Shown here in pieces: positions 36,169 to 44,734 of a DNA stretch of 51,120 nucleotides. A program made the position numbers and the translations under genes. The DNA lies in assembly GCA_026387085.1 (NCBI GenBank), contig JAPLMK010000065.1, forward strand, positions 1 to 51,120, read 5' to 3'. The notes under the pieces were generated by a model, which saw nothing but the letters and a program-made list of their open reading frames with translations, did no database searches and was not told the origin of the DNA. The stretch is from Candidatus Omnitrophota bacterium. GTDB taxonomy: Bacteria; Ratteibacteria; UBA8468; MWAK01. Every line of letters begins with the position of its first letter. The first letter of the stretch is position 1.

Positions 36169-38175
36169 ATGAATTACGAGGCGTGGATTTGGACTGAACT
36201 TTTAGCTTTTGATAACGCGCAGCCGGACCAGGGCGTTCGGGAATTTCTGGACAAAACAGGGTTTATTCCTAAAGTTATCTGCCTGATGTCGTCGACCCCG
36301 GATATCGTTCTGCAGTATCAGCCCCTGGACGAAGAGCGGGTGCTGCCGCCTACGGTCTGTTCCCGTGACGGGCACGGCGGAAACGAGGAACGCCGACGGC
36401 AGGACTGGACTAATTTTCAGTTGAAATCCCTGGTGGATAATCTGCACCGGGCAGGCGTCGAAGCATATATATCCCTCTTTCCGATATTTTACAAAAACAA
36501 GTATTACCACGAATGGATATCCGACCATCAGGAAGTGCTTCAGGAATGGGATTTTCAGGGCAGGGGCCTGGAGATGAACGTTACCCGGCGACTCAAGGAC
36601 GGTACTTATGTTGAAGATTTTTTTATTGCCAAAACAGTTGAAACCGTCCTTGGTTACGGTTTTGACGGCTGGCACGGACCGGACGGATGGGGTCCTTTAG
36701 GTTCCGGCGGCCTGGGTTGCACGGACTGCGGAGATGATTTGATGGGTCAGTTTGCCCAAACGCTGGAGCGCGAATTACCCGATTGCGTTACCTGTGTTTC
36801 CAATCAAAACACGGACATTCTCAAGGAACGCATGAAATGGATTTGGGGTAATTTGCGTAAAGAATGGATTGAATTTAACGCGGCCCGGTGGGAAACTTTT
36901 TGGCGGAAAATGACGGACGCGATGCATCGGGTCAGCCGTAAGACCGCGATTAACTCCGCCTGGACCAAGGCTCCTTTTGAGGCGCTGTACCGTTTTGGAA
37001 TTGACTACAAGCGCATTGCCGGCACCGGTGTCGATGCCATGGTTGTGGAAGCCGTCGCCGCAAATTATTACCTGAGCGAGAACGCCCGCGACCTGCATTT
37101 TAATTTCCTGGCGATGCTGATGCAAATTAAGGCCTATGCGCCGGAGATGAAACTGATCTTTCTGCACGGTGTAAAAGATATCGTGGAACAGTACGATTTA
37201 ATTCACCATTGCCCGACTAATCTGGAGCGGGAAAACTACTCGTTGTCAAACACGTTCCTGCAGGATGCCGGCGGCGGGTTGAAGCGATGCGCGGACGGAT
37301 TTCTGGTCTGCCTGGGCGACGGCATCAAAAAAGAGGAATGGCGCTGGCTCAAAGAGCACTGGGATCTGGGATTCGGACCAGTACCCAAGCGTATTTTAGG
37401 CGCGACCGCGGTCTGGTCGGACTATGCCTTCCGCGGTTCATTGGACAGCTATATCACAACCGGCGCGCCCCAAGACCACCGGCTCCTTTACCCGCTGATG
37501 GAAGACGGCGTTCAAATACAGGGCTATGTCCGGGCGGAAGACATAAAGGGGGCATCCGGGCCGCTGCTGGTCTTTAATCAGCAATTGCTGCCGGAAAAAG
37601 AACTGTCGGAGTTGCTCGGCTACAAAAATGGGCCGGTAATCATGCTGGGAGGGCGGCGCGCCGGCTTGCCGGAACCGGATATCTTTATTGAAGACACCCC
37701 GGCTTCGGATTCCCTGGTTTGCCTGATTTATTTTGCCGGGCACAAAAAGGAGTCCGTAACTTTAAACCCGGAACGGAAAAATCCCGCGCCTTACCGGGAG
37801 ACAGGCGCGCCCTTGTCGTTTTGGGAGGGAGAGCACTGCCGGGAATTTTCCGGGCAATTTATGGCATGCTGTTCGGAAAAGATAGCGAAAATCGTCAACT
37901 CGGTAACCGTAACAGACAATAGGCGTAACGGCGCAACCGCCGGGAAAGCGCCGGGGCAGGCGACCGAAATAGAAATCGCCCCCGGAGTATCGCGGGTTGC
38001 GGTAAGCAATTCCGCTTACGTGTATGCGGTGACAAAAATTGATTTGAAGCGGGAAATTAAATCAGTGAAAGTGCTGAGCGGGTTTCCGATAGCGGATATT
38101 GTTCCGGAGGGCTCGACTTTCAAGATAAAAGTTCCGGGCAAGGGAATCGTGGTTTTGGAAGTAACTTATGCGTGA
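36169..38175 (+). CDS. hypothetical protein, probably a GHL-type (glycoside-hydrolase-like) TIM barrel, no signal peptide
   Basis: 668 aa; family not recognised with certainty. GYGFDGWHGPDG ... GCTDCGDDLMGQF resembles the strand-plus-Cys motif of the neighbouring GHL10-like protein. Confidence 0.4.
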   Translation: MNYEAWIWTELLAFDNAQPDQGVREFLDKTGFIPKVICLMSSTPDIVLQYQPLDEERVLPPTVCSRDGHGGNEERRRQDWTNFQLKSLVDNLHRAGVEAYISLFPIFYKNKYYHEWISDHQEVLQEWDFQGRGLEMNVTRRLKDGTYVEDFFIAKTVETVLGYGFDGWHGPDGWGPLGSGGLGCTDCGDDLMGQFAQTLERELPDCVTCVSNQNTDILKERMKWIWGNLRKEWIEFNAARWETFWRKMTDAMHRVSRKTAINSAWTKAPFEALYRFGIDYKRIAGTGVDAMVVEAVAANYYLSENARDLHFNFLAMLMQIKAYAPEMKLIFLHGVKDIVEQYDLIHHCPTNLERENYSLSNTFLQDAGGGLKRCADGFLVCLGDGIKKEEWRWLKEHWDLGFGPVPKRILGATAVWSDYAFRGSLDSYITTGAPQDHRLLYPLMEDGVQIQGYVRAEDIKGASGPLLVFNQQLLPEKELSELLGYKNGPVIMLGGRRAGLPEPDIFIEDTPASDSLVCLIYFAGHKKESVTLNPERKNPAPYRETGAPLSFWEGEHCREFSGQFMACCSEKIAKIVNSVTVTDNRRNGATAGKAPGQATEIEIAPGVSRVAVSNSAYVYAVTKIDLKREIKSVKVLSGFPIADIVPEGSTFKIKVPGKGIVVLEVTYA

Positions 38176-38193
38176 ACTGAAACCGGGCAAAAG

Positions 38194-38212
38194 AACAGGC
38201 GCCCTGTTTTTT
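38194..38212 (+). terminator. rho-independent terminator
   Basis: AACAGG-cgc-CCTGTT followed by a T run (TTTTTT), 19 nt after the stop at 38175. Confidence 0.6.
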
Positions 38213-38275
38213 GGCAGTTTTGGTTTGTTGAGTCCACGCGCCTTCGCGTAAAGCGGCAGCGGCCCATGGAGAAAA

Positions 38276-39331
38276 ATGGATAATTTGAGAGCCGGCGGAA
38301 AAGGGAAAGAAAAGATAAGGGGAATATACGTCGGGGTTGACCGCGAGGGAAGAATTCCGCTTGTCTGCAACTGCGGCTCCTGCAAGAAACAGCGGAAGAG
38401 GTGGGGTGAAAAACCGGTTGCCGTAATGGAGTGTGTACCGGTGCGGGAAAAGATGCGGGAATTTGCCGGGAACAATATCAACCTTATTCTGGCTTCCGGC
38501 CTTAACGAAAATTTAGTAACCGAAGCCCACCGGAACAATATTCAAGTGTACCCCATAATTAATTTTACCTCTGACAACGCCAAAAATCTTTCGCCTGACT
38601 GGTATATGACCAACGCCGCCGGCGAGAAGGTGCCCTACGGCGACCCCGGAAATCCCGGATACCGGGAGTTCCTGATCAGACCGGCGGTTGAACTGGTGAA
38701 AAAATATGATATTGACGGCATCAGTCTGGACTTCTCCCGTTATATTGAGATGGAAATCTCCGGAGATTGTTGTTACTGCGCCGCCTGCCGAAAAAAATTC
38801 CGGCTTAAATATGATTTTGACCCCATTGTTTTGGCGGTTCCCGGTAAGAAAACACCCCCCCGGGAACTGAGCCAGCAAGCCGGGCAGTATTTATGGAATA
38901 AAGAACGGAAGGACAACATTACCACGCTGGTGAGCGAACTCAAAAAAGCAATCTGCGGAGTTAAAAAAGGGATAAAACTCTCCTCTTATGTCTGGGGGGC
39001 AGAACCTGTTTCGCGCCTGGTTTTTCAGGATTGGAGCCAATGGATTGAGGATAAATCGCTTGACTGGGTGAATCCGAGCGGGTATGATTATGACCTTGAT
39101 TCATTTCAAAGGAGGTGCGTAGAACTGGCCGCTATCGTCAACAAAAGATGCCCTTCGTGTATCACTCTGGGACAGCACACTACGCACGGCAGAGTGAAAA
39201 ACGCCGCCGAGTTAATCAGGCAGATAAAGATTGCCGATAAAGCCGGGCTTGTTGATGGTTTCGTGCTTTTCACCCACTCTTTGAAAACTTTAAGCTCTTA
39301 TTTACCAAGCATTAAGCGCGTGAAAATTTAA
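38276..39331 (+). CDS. glycoside-hydrolase-like family 10 (GHL10/DUF187-like) TIM-barrel protein, no signal peptide
   Basis: 351 aa. IRGIYVG, NNIQVYPIINF, DPGNPGYREFLIRPAVELVKKYDIDGISLDFSRYI, CCYCAACRKKF. The start codon is uncertain. Confidence 0.55.
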   Translation: MDNLRAGGKGKEKIRGIYVGVDREGRIPLVCNCGSCKKQRKRWGEKPVAVMECVPVREKMREFAGNNINLILASGLNENLVTEAHRNNIQVYPIINFTSDNAKNLSPDWYMTNAAGEKVPYGDPGNPGYREFLIRPAVELVKKYDIDGISLDFSRYIEMEISGDCCYCAACRKKFRLKYDFDPIVLAVPGKKTPPRELSQQAGQYLWNKERKDNITTLVSELKKAICGVKKGIKLSSYVWGAEPVSRLVFQDWSQWIEDKSLDWVNPSGYDYDLDSFQRRCVELAAIVNKRCPSCITLGQHTTHGRVKNAAELIRQIKIADKAGLVDGFVLFTHSLKTLSSYLPSIKRVKI

Positions 39332-39360
39332 ACGCGCAAACCTGTAAACGGGGGGAATTA

Positions 39361-40464
39361 ATGAAGGTTACAGTTCACAATACTTCTGTGCCCGGGGCAA
39401 ACGAAATAGTTTCGCTGACCGCGGGTAAAAATGGCTTGATTTACGGTGGGTATACCGGCAACAAAAACCATCTTTTTTTTGAATATAATCCCGGCCGGAA
39501 AACCACCCGGGACCTGGGCGAAAAAATTGTTTCCGCCAACCAGTTATATTTTAAAAACGGTGAAATAATGACCCAAAAGATTCACCACGCGCTCTCAACT
39601 CTTCCGGACGGCCGTATTGTCGGAGGTACCGGACAAAACTTTAGTTGCGGCACGTGCCACCGCAAGGTAAACGAGGATGAAGGCGGTCATGTTTTTGTTT
39701 ACGACCCGGAGTCCGGACAGGCTAAAGATCTCGGTATCCCCGTACCGCATATGTGGATAATCTGCACTACGGCGAGCCCGGACGGGGAGGTCATCTACGG
39801 AATGACCTATCTCCATAATGACTTTTTTGCGGTCTCGGTCAAAACCGGCGAACTTATTTTTGCCGACCAGGTCCACGGCGCAATCTGGGGCGACAGCGCC
39901 TGCAGCCACTCGTTGATTTGTGATAACGACGGCGTGGTTTACGGGTCGTGCAGCGACGGTTACATCTTTACCTACGACCCCAAAAATAAAAAACTGAGGG
40001 AAAGCGATGTTAAGCTGCCCGGTGAAAATACCTGCCGGGTCGACTCTTTCGCGCTCGGTGACGACGGGTTAATTTACGGTGGGACCTGGGAAACAGGGGT
40101 TCTTTTTTCGCTGGAGCCAAAGACGTTAAAACTTAAAGAATTGTGCCGGCCCAACAACGGTCCGCGGCTGCCCGCGTTACTAAAGATAGGGGACAGTATC
40201 TACGGCGCGGCCGGCGGAGGCAGCCAATACGGAACCCGGGGCGCGTTTTTGTTTGAATATAACTATAAAAACGGCGCGTACCGGGAAATTGGTCCGGTAG
40301 TGGAAAAAGAAACCGGTATTGAAGCCAGCCGTATCCATGCGATGACGGTCGGGAAGGATGGGACGCTTTATGCCGGCGAAACCGGCGCGCAAAGCATATT
40401 TAAGGCGGAAAGCGGTGATATTGAAACCGGCAATAATGCCTATCTTTATATTATAGAACTATAA
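39361..40464 (+). CDS. hypothetical beta-propeller-like repeat protein
   Basis: 367 aa with recurring G(L/V)IYGG / DG.(I/V)YG / DGTLYAG strand motifs about every 45-60 aa. No signal peptide; family not identified. Confidence 0.4.
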   Translation: MKVTVHNTSVPGANEIVSLTAGKNGLIYGGYTGNKNHLFFEYNPGRKTTRDLGEKIVSANQLYFKNGEIMTQKIHHALSTLPDGRIVGGTGQNFSCGTCHRKVNEDEGGHVFVYDPESGQAKDLGIPVPHMWIICTTASPDGEVIYGMTYLHNDFFAVSVKTGELIFADQVHGAIWGDSACSHSLICDNDGVVYGSCSDGYIFTYDPKNKKLRESDVKLPGENTCRVDSFALGDDGLIYGGTWETGVLFSLEPKTLKLKELCRPNNGPRLPALLKIGDSIYGAAGGGSQYGTRGAFLFEYNYKNGAYREIGPVVEKETGIEASRIHAMTVGKDGTLYAGETGAQSIFKAESGDIETGNNAYLYIIEL

Positions 40465-40471
40465 TATTGAT

Positions 40472-40489
40472 CGGAAAAAAGATTTTCCG
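40472..40489 (+). terminator. hairpin after the propeller gene (possible weak terminator/attenuator)
   Basis: CGGAAAA-aaga-TTTTCCG, 7-bp stem, followed by CAATATTTTT. Confidence 0.35.
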
Positions 40490-40539
40490 CAATATTTTTG
40501 CAGTATTAAAAAGGAAGTAATTAACTATTTTTGGGGAGG

Positions 40540-41748
40540 ATGATGAACGAACCGACAATCGGGAGAGAGGAGTTCCGGGAACGCATCCGGCGCATCCAGG
40601 AACTGATGGTTGCGGAGCGCCTGGACGGATTGATGGTATATGGGGACGAATACCGCAAGGAGAACCTGCGGTACGTTTCTAATTTCTGGCCTATTTTTGA
40701 ACGCGGCGCCTGTTTCATTCCGCGCCATGGTGCTCCGATCCTGGCCGGCGCGCCGGAAGGGGAGCAGTACGCCCGTGAAATGTCGGTTATTGAAGATATA
40801 CGCAATATCAAGGAGTTTGCCTGCGTGACGGTGCCGGAAGAGATAGAATATCCGCTGGCAAAGTTTTCTTCGCTGCGGGAGATTTTGTCGGAAATTCTCG
40901 GTAACGGAAAACGGCTCGGATTGGTTGGCCGGTGGGATATTTCCGCTCCGGTGTACGAACGGATATGCCAGGCGGTGGAAGGGCTGGAGATTATAGACGC
41001 GGCTTCATTGCTTTGGAAGATACGGCTGGTTAAGAGCGCGGCGGAAATCGCCTGCCTGAAAGAAGCCGGGCGGATAGCGTGCGCCGGATACAGGGAACTG
41101 CTGCGCGCGGCTGTTCCGGGCGCAACCGAGTTGCAGGCCGCAGGTGCGGCCGAAGGCGCGAGCCGCCGGGCAGGCGCTGAGGCGATTACCTTTATGGTTT
41201 TTGGCTCCGGCAGACGCGCCGATACCATTATCGGCCGGCCCACCAACAAAATTATCTGCGACGGCGAGATGGTGATGGCGGCCTTGGCCGTACAGTACCA
41301 GGGATACGTGGCGACCGCGGAATTTCCGTTCGTTGCCGGCCGGGCGACCGGAGGGCAGAAACGTTTCTTGGATGCGTTCTTTGAAGCGGCGGATGTCCAG
41401 ATGCGTTTTTTGAAAGACGGGACGGTTATGGGAGAGATGGTGCGTGCGGTCAAAGATGTTTTCAAGCGGCATAACCTTTCCGCCTACGACGTCTATCCGC
41501 CCATGCACGGCATCGGGCTGGCGGAAGCCGAATCACCTTATCCGGACGCAAACACCGTAGAATTATTTCGCGCCGGCATGTGTGTAAACTCAGACATAAG
41601 CCTTTTTGGCCATCCGGACGGTTCCAACCGGCTTGAGGAGGGGTTTGTCATAACGGCACGCGGTCCGGAATCGATTACCCCTTACATCCGTCAACTGGTG
41701 GAAAAACGCTTGGTTTGCACAGACGAATTCAATCAAGGAGGAAAATAA
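40540..41748 (+). CDS. M24-fold (creatinase/prolidase-like) protein, probably not a canonical metallopeptidase
   Basis: Creatinase_N-like N-terminus (EFRERIRRIQELMVAERLDGLMVYGDE) and a pita-bread C-terminus (PPMHGIGLAEAESPY, NRLEEGFVIT). By eye, the positions of the two Asp metal ligands read A and T (GEMVMAALAVQYQGYVATAEF). The start is ATG 40540 or 40543. Confidence 0.75.
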   Translation: MMNEPTIGREEFRERIRRIQELMVAERLDGLMVYGDEYRKENLRYVSNFWPIFERGACFIPRHGAPILAGAPEGEQYAREMSVIEDIRNIKEFACVTVPEEIEYPLAKFSSLREILSEILGNGKRLGLVGRWDISAPVYERICQAVEGLEIIDAASLLWKIRLVKSAAEIACLKEAGRIACAGYRELLRAAVPGATELQAAGAAEGASRRAGAEAITFMVFGSGRRADTIIGRPTNKIICDGEMVMAALAVQYQGYVATAEFPFVAGRATGGQKRFLDAFFEAADVQMRFLKDGTVMGEMVRAVKDVFKRHNLSAYDVYPPMHGIGLAEAESPYPDANTVELFRAGMCVNSDISLFGHPDGSNRLEEGFVITARGPESITPYIRQLVEKRLVCTDEFNQGGK

Positions 41749-41749
41749 G

Positions 41750-42127
41750 ATGAAAAATGGCGGCGCGAAGATCTGGTATTTTCCGGACGGTTATCTTCCG
41801 GAAAAGACCGGCGCAGGAGAAATGGAGGCGCACGAAGCGCTGATGTTGCTTAACGTCAACAATGTTCCGGCCGAAGTAAAACTGGATTTTTATTTTGAAG
41901 ACCGCGACCCGGTGAAGGATATCCCGGCGAAGGTGGGGCCGGAACGGGTAGTGTGCCTGCGGCTGGACAAACCGGAATGTATCGGTGGCCTGCAGATTTT
42001 ACCGCTGGTTCAATATTCCATCCGGGTGCGTTCCGATGTGCCGATTGTAGCGCAATTCGGACGGCTGGATACCACTCAAACCAATATGACCTATTACTGC
42101 GCGCCCGGTTTGTGGGAAAACCCATAA
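41750..42127 (+). CDS. ASRT-family protein (Anabaena sensory rhodopsin transducer-like small beta-sandwich)
   Basis: 125 aa, the same length as ASRT. Shared blocks as I recall the ASRT sequence: W..P.GY.P, HE.L..LN, V.LDFYFEDRDPV, RSDVPIVAQFGRLDTTQ. The ATG lies 1 nt after the M24 stop, with AAGGAGG inside the M24 3' end. Confidence 0.7.
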   Translation: MKNGGAKIWYFPDGYLPEKTGAGEMEAHEALMLLNVNNVPAEVKLDFYFEDRDPVKDIPAKVGPERVVCLRLDKPECIGGLQILPLVQYSIRVRSDVPIVAQFGRLDTTQTNMTYYCAPGLWENP

Positions 42128-42199
42128 ACAAAAAAAACCGGCATTACGAAAAAAGGACGGTACCGGGTGCCCAGGGCTGGAATTACGCGACCATTATTC

Positions 42200-43363
42200 C
42201 TATACTTCCATAATTTCCGGCCCGAGGTTAATCGGCAGGCCGGAGGCCGCTGATTCCAGGAACTTCATTGCCAGCCGGTTTACCGGGACCGCGCTTTCTG
42301 CGTCGCAGGGATTGGGGCATTTGCCCTCAAGGCAATCCAGAAAACGGTCCAGGTGCTGATAGTGCCCCTTCTTTACATTTAGAAAGCGCAACGGCCGGTT
42401 TTCGGATAAGGCCTGTTTGCGTTCTTCAATTAAAGACAAAAAATACCCGGTCATGCCTTCTTGTTTGGCCCATCCGCAATCTTCCGCGTAAGGGAACGTT
42501 TGCAACACCGGTTCATCTGCCATCCCCACTTGCCGAACCTCGATATGCTGGTCCAGCGCAACGGTAATATAGCGCGTCGTGGCTTCGAAGAGTTCCTTCG
42601 GGTAGTCAAAGTTGCCGATTCGGGTATGCTGCATGGTCGTAATCGAGCCGTCGCTGAACTTTAAAACTAACGTGAAATTTCCGTGGGGCGCCCCTTCCGC
42701 GAAGAGGCGGACCGGAGAACCCTCGTTAAACCAGAGCGCCAGGTCGATAAAATGGACCATTTCGGCAAACATGGTTCCCTGGGCATCACGGAAACCCCAA
42801 TCTTTCCAGCTTCGGTCATCGTCATTAATACGCATTAAAATCTGGGTGCGGGCCTCTTTGTGGTCTATTGTTATTTTCCGGTTTAAATCACGGTCCACGC
42901 TGGGCCTGGTAGGCGATACGCCTGACCGGGCTTTCTCCAGCAGCCGTCGGAATTCAAGCATCGCCGGGCTGGAACGGCGGTTATGGCCGACACAGACCGG
43001 AATACCGGTTTCCCGCGTCGTCTTTACAATTTCCCGCATCTCCCGGTCATCCGGGCTCAGGGGTTTTTCGGTGTAAACCGGCTTGCCGTTTTTAAGCGCC
43101 GGAATAATCAGTTCACCGCGCAGATTTACGTGGGTGGCAAGCACGATCAAGTCAACTTCCGGGTCGGTAACGACTTTTCGCCAATCGGTTTCCGCCCGTT
43201 GCGCCCCAAACTGCGCGCGGCACATCTCGGCAACTTTTTCCTCGCGGTCGCAGGTGAGAACCAGTTCAAAACGCGGATTACGTTGAATGTTAGGCAGATG
43301 CGCGGCCTGCGCCAACGCGCCGCAGCCCACCACAGCCACCCGGTGTATTTTCGTTTTCTCCAT
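42200..43363 (-). CDS. Gfo/Idh/MocA-family NAD(P)-dependent oxidoreductase
   Basis: The start is taken at ATG 43363 (MEKTKIHRVAVVGCGALAQAAHLPN). Rossmann GxGxxA motif and an EKP block (YTEKPL). Confidence 0.85.
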   Translation of the reverse strand: MEKTKIHRVAVVGCGALAQAAHLPNIQRNPRFELVLTCDREEKVAEMCRAQFGAQRAETDWRKVVTDPEVDLIVLATHVNLRGELIIPALKNGKPVYTEKPLSPDDREMREIVKTTRETGIPVCVGHNRRSSPAMLEFRRLLEKARSGVSPTRPSVDRDLNRKITIDHKEARTQILMRINDDDRSWKDWGFRDAQGTMFAEMVHFIDLALWFNEGSPVRLFAEGAPHGNFTLVLKFSDGSITTMQHTRIGNFDYPKELFEATTRYITVALDQHIEVRQVGMADEPVLQTFPYAEDCGWAKQEGMTGYFLSLIEERKQALSENRPLRFLNVKKGHYQHLDRFLDCLEGKCPNPCDAESAVPVNRLAMKFLESAASGLPINLGPEIMEV

Positions 43364-43479
43364 AATTATTCCGTTGCCCTGTAATTTCAATAAAGAACTT
43401 TTGCTAAATTTATTAGAATACCATGATTTGTGCCCGATGGTCAAAAAAATTACGTGGTTTTACGCCGGGCGTAATAATT

Positions 43480-43508
43480 TTGACCTGGGTCGCCGAAAGC
43501 AGTATAAT
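43480..43508 (+). promoter_or_regulatory. near-consensus sigma70 promoter for the 43544 oxidoreductase gene
   Basis: TTGACC (43480-43485), 17 nt, TATAAT (43503-43508). GGAGG lies 8 nt upstream of ATG 43544. Confidence 0.6.
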
Positions 43509-43543
43509 TATAAATTGAAACATCACATTAACGGAGGCAGAAA

Positions 43544-44713
43544 ATGAAAAAAATCAAAGTGGGTATTGTCGGGTGCGGCAAATTTGCTGAAGGTCAGCAT
43601 CTGCCTAACGTTGTAAGGTCTGATAAGGTTGAATTATGGCACGCGTCTTCCCGGAGCGAAAACGGCCGCAAGATAGCGCAGGGGTTTGGTTCCAAGAAGA
43701 TAACCGCCGATTACCAGGATGTTTTGAAAGACCCGGAAGTGGAGATGGTAATTCTCAGCGTTCCCCATGAAATGCACATGTTTTATATCCGGGAAACGCT
43801 CAAGGCAGGCAAGCACCTTTTTTGCGAAAAGCCGATGACTATGACCATGGATGAGGCCTATGAAGTCATCCGGCTGGCGCAGGAAAAAAAAGTAAAAGTA
43901 TGCGTCGATTATAACCGCCGGCGCAGCCCGGCTATGCTGGACATGAAACAGGCCTATCAGGCCCACCGGAAACAGCCCCAGGGCAAGGCGCGCGTCTACA
44001 CCCAGGAAAAAAACCGCCCTATTTTTACGGAAGACGGCATGACCAGCATTCTCATGCGGATAAATGATGAAAGCCTTACCTACGGAGGAGTGCACCTTGA
44101 TTGGAAAGACGGCGGCGGATTGATTATCGGCGAAGGTTGCCACTGGCTCGACCTTATGTGCTGGCTGATAGAGGAGCGGCCGGTCCGGATTTATGGTGTC
44201 GGAAGCACCCGTTTTAACTATATTATCAACGTTGAATTCGCCGGCGGTTCGATGGGCTGTATCTTTTTCAGCGCCTGCGGCACCTTTGAGTATCCAAAGG
44301 AACTCATCGAAATCCAGAGTCACGGCAAAATATTCCGGAGCGAATGTTTTGTCGAAAATCAGTATTTTGGCCTGGGCGAGCGCACGGTCAAGAAGTTTGC
44401 CCTGCAGTTTGATTACGAGGAGGAAATCGGCAAAGAAGGCGGCTTATCCGGTTATCTTGCCAAGATTGACGCGATGGGCAAAGAATTTGTGGAGACGGGT
44501 AAGTTCCGGTATACATTTCCGGACAAAGGACATTTCGGGTTGCTGGAGGCTTTTGCGGACGCTATCTTGAATGATACCGCTTCTCCGGTAGACGCAATCT
44601 CCGGCATGCGCGCCACATACCTTTCCTTGAGGGCGATGGATTCAATCCGTCAGGGCATTGCTTTGCCGGTTAATGTTGAAGATTGGGAAATGTATGTCCA
44701 CCAGAAATCTTAA
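43544..44713 (+). CDS. Gfo/Idh/MocA-family NAD(P)-dependent oxidoreductase
   Basis: 389 aa. KIKVGIVGCGKFAEGQHLPN, FCEKPM. It shares the unusual ILMRIND block with the divergent 42200..43363 product. Confidence 0.85.
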   Translation: MKKIKVGIVGCGKFAEGQHLPNVVRSDKVELWHASSRSENGRKIAQGFGSKKITADYQDVLKDPEVEMVILSVPHEMHMFYIRETLKAGKHLFCEKPMTMTMDEAYEVIRLAQEKKVKVCVDYNRRRSPAMLDMKQAYQAHRKQPQGKARVYTQEKNRPIFTEDGMTSILMRINDESLTYGGVHLDWKDGGGLIIGEGCHWLDLMCWLIEERPVRIYGVGSTRFNYIINVEFAGGSMGCIFFSACGTFEYPKELIEIQSHGKIFRSECFVENQYFGLGERTVKKFALQFDYEEEIGKEGGLSGYLAKIDAMGKEFVETGKFRYTFPDKGHFGLLEAFADAILNDTASPVDAISGMRATYLSLRAMDSIRQGIALPVNVEDWEMYVHQKS

Positions 44714-44734
44714 CTACGGACAGCATGCTTCTCT

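Noticed and set aside
40521-41465. 314-aa ORF antisense to the M24-fold gene. Similar long shadow ORFs occur at 3643..4428, 20528..21238, 29427..30353 and 43634..44323.
   Set aside because: Each lies opposite a gene with strong family signatures. Their products are low-complexity (Ala/Arg/Ser/Pro-rich) with no recognisable motifs, which is typical of shadow ORFs in GC-rich coding DNA.
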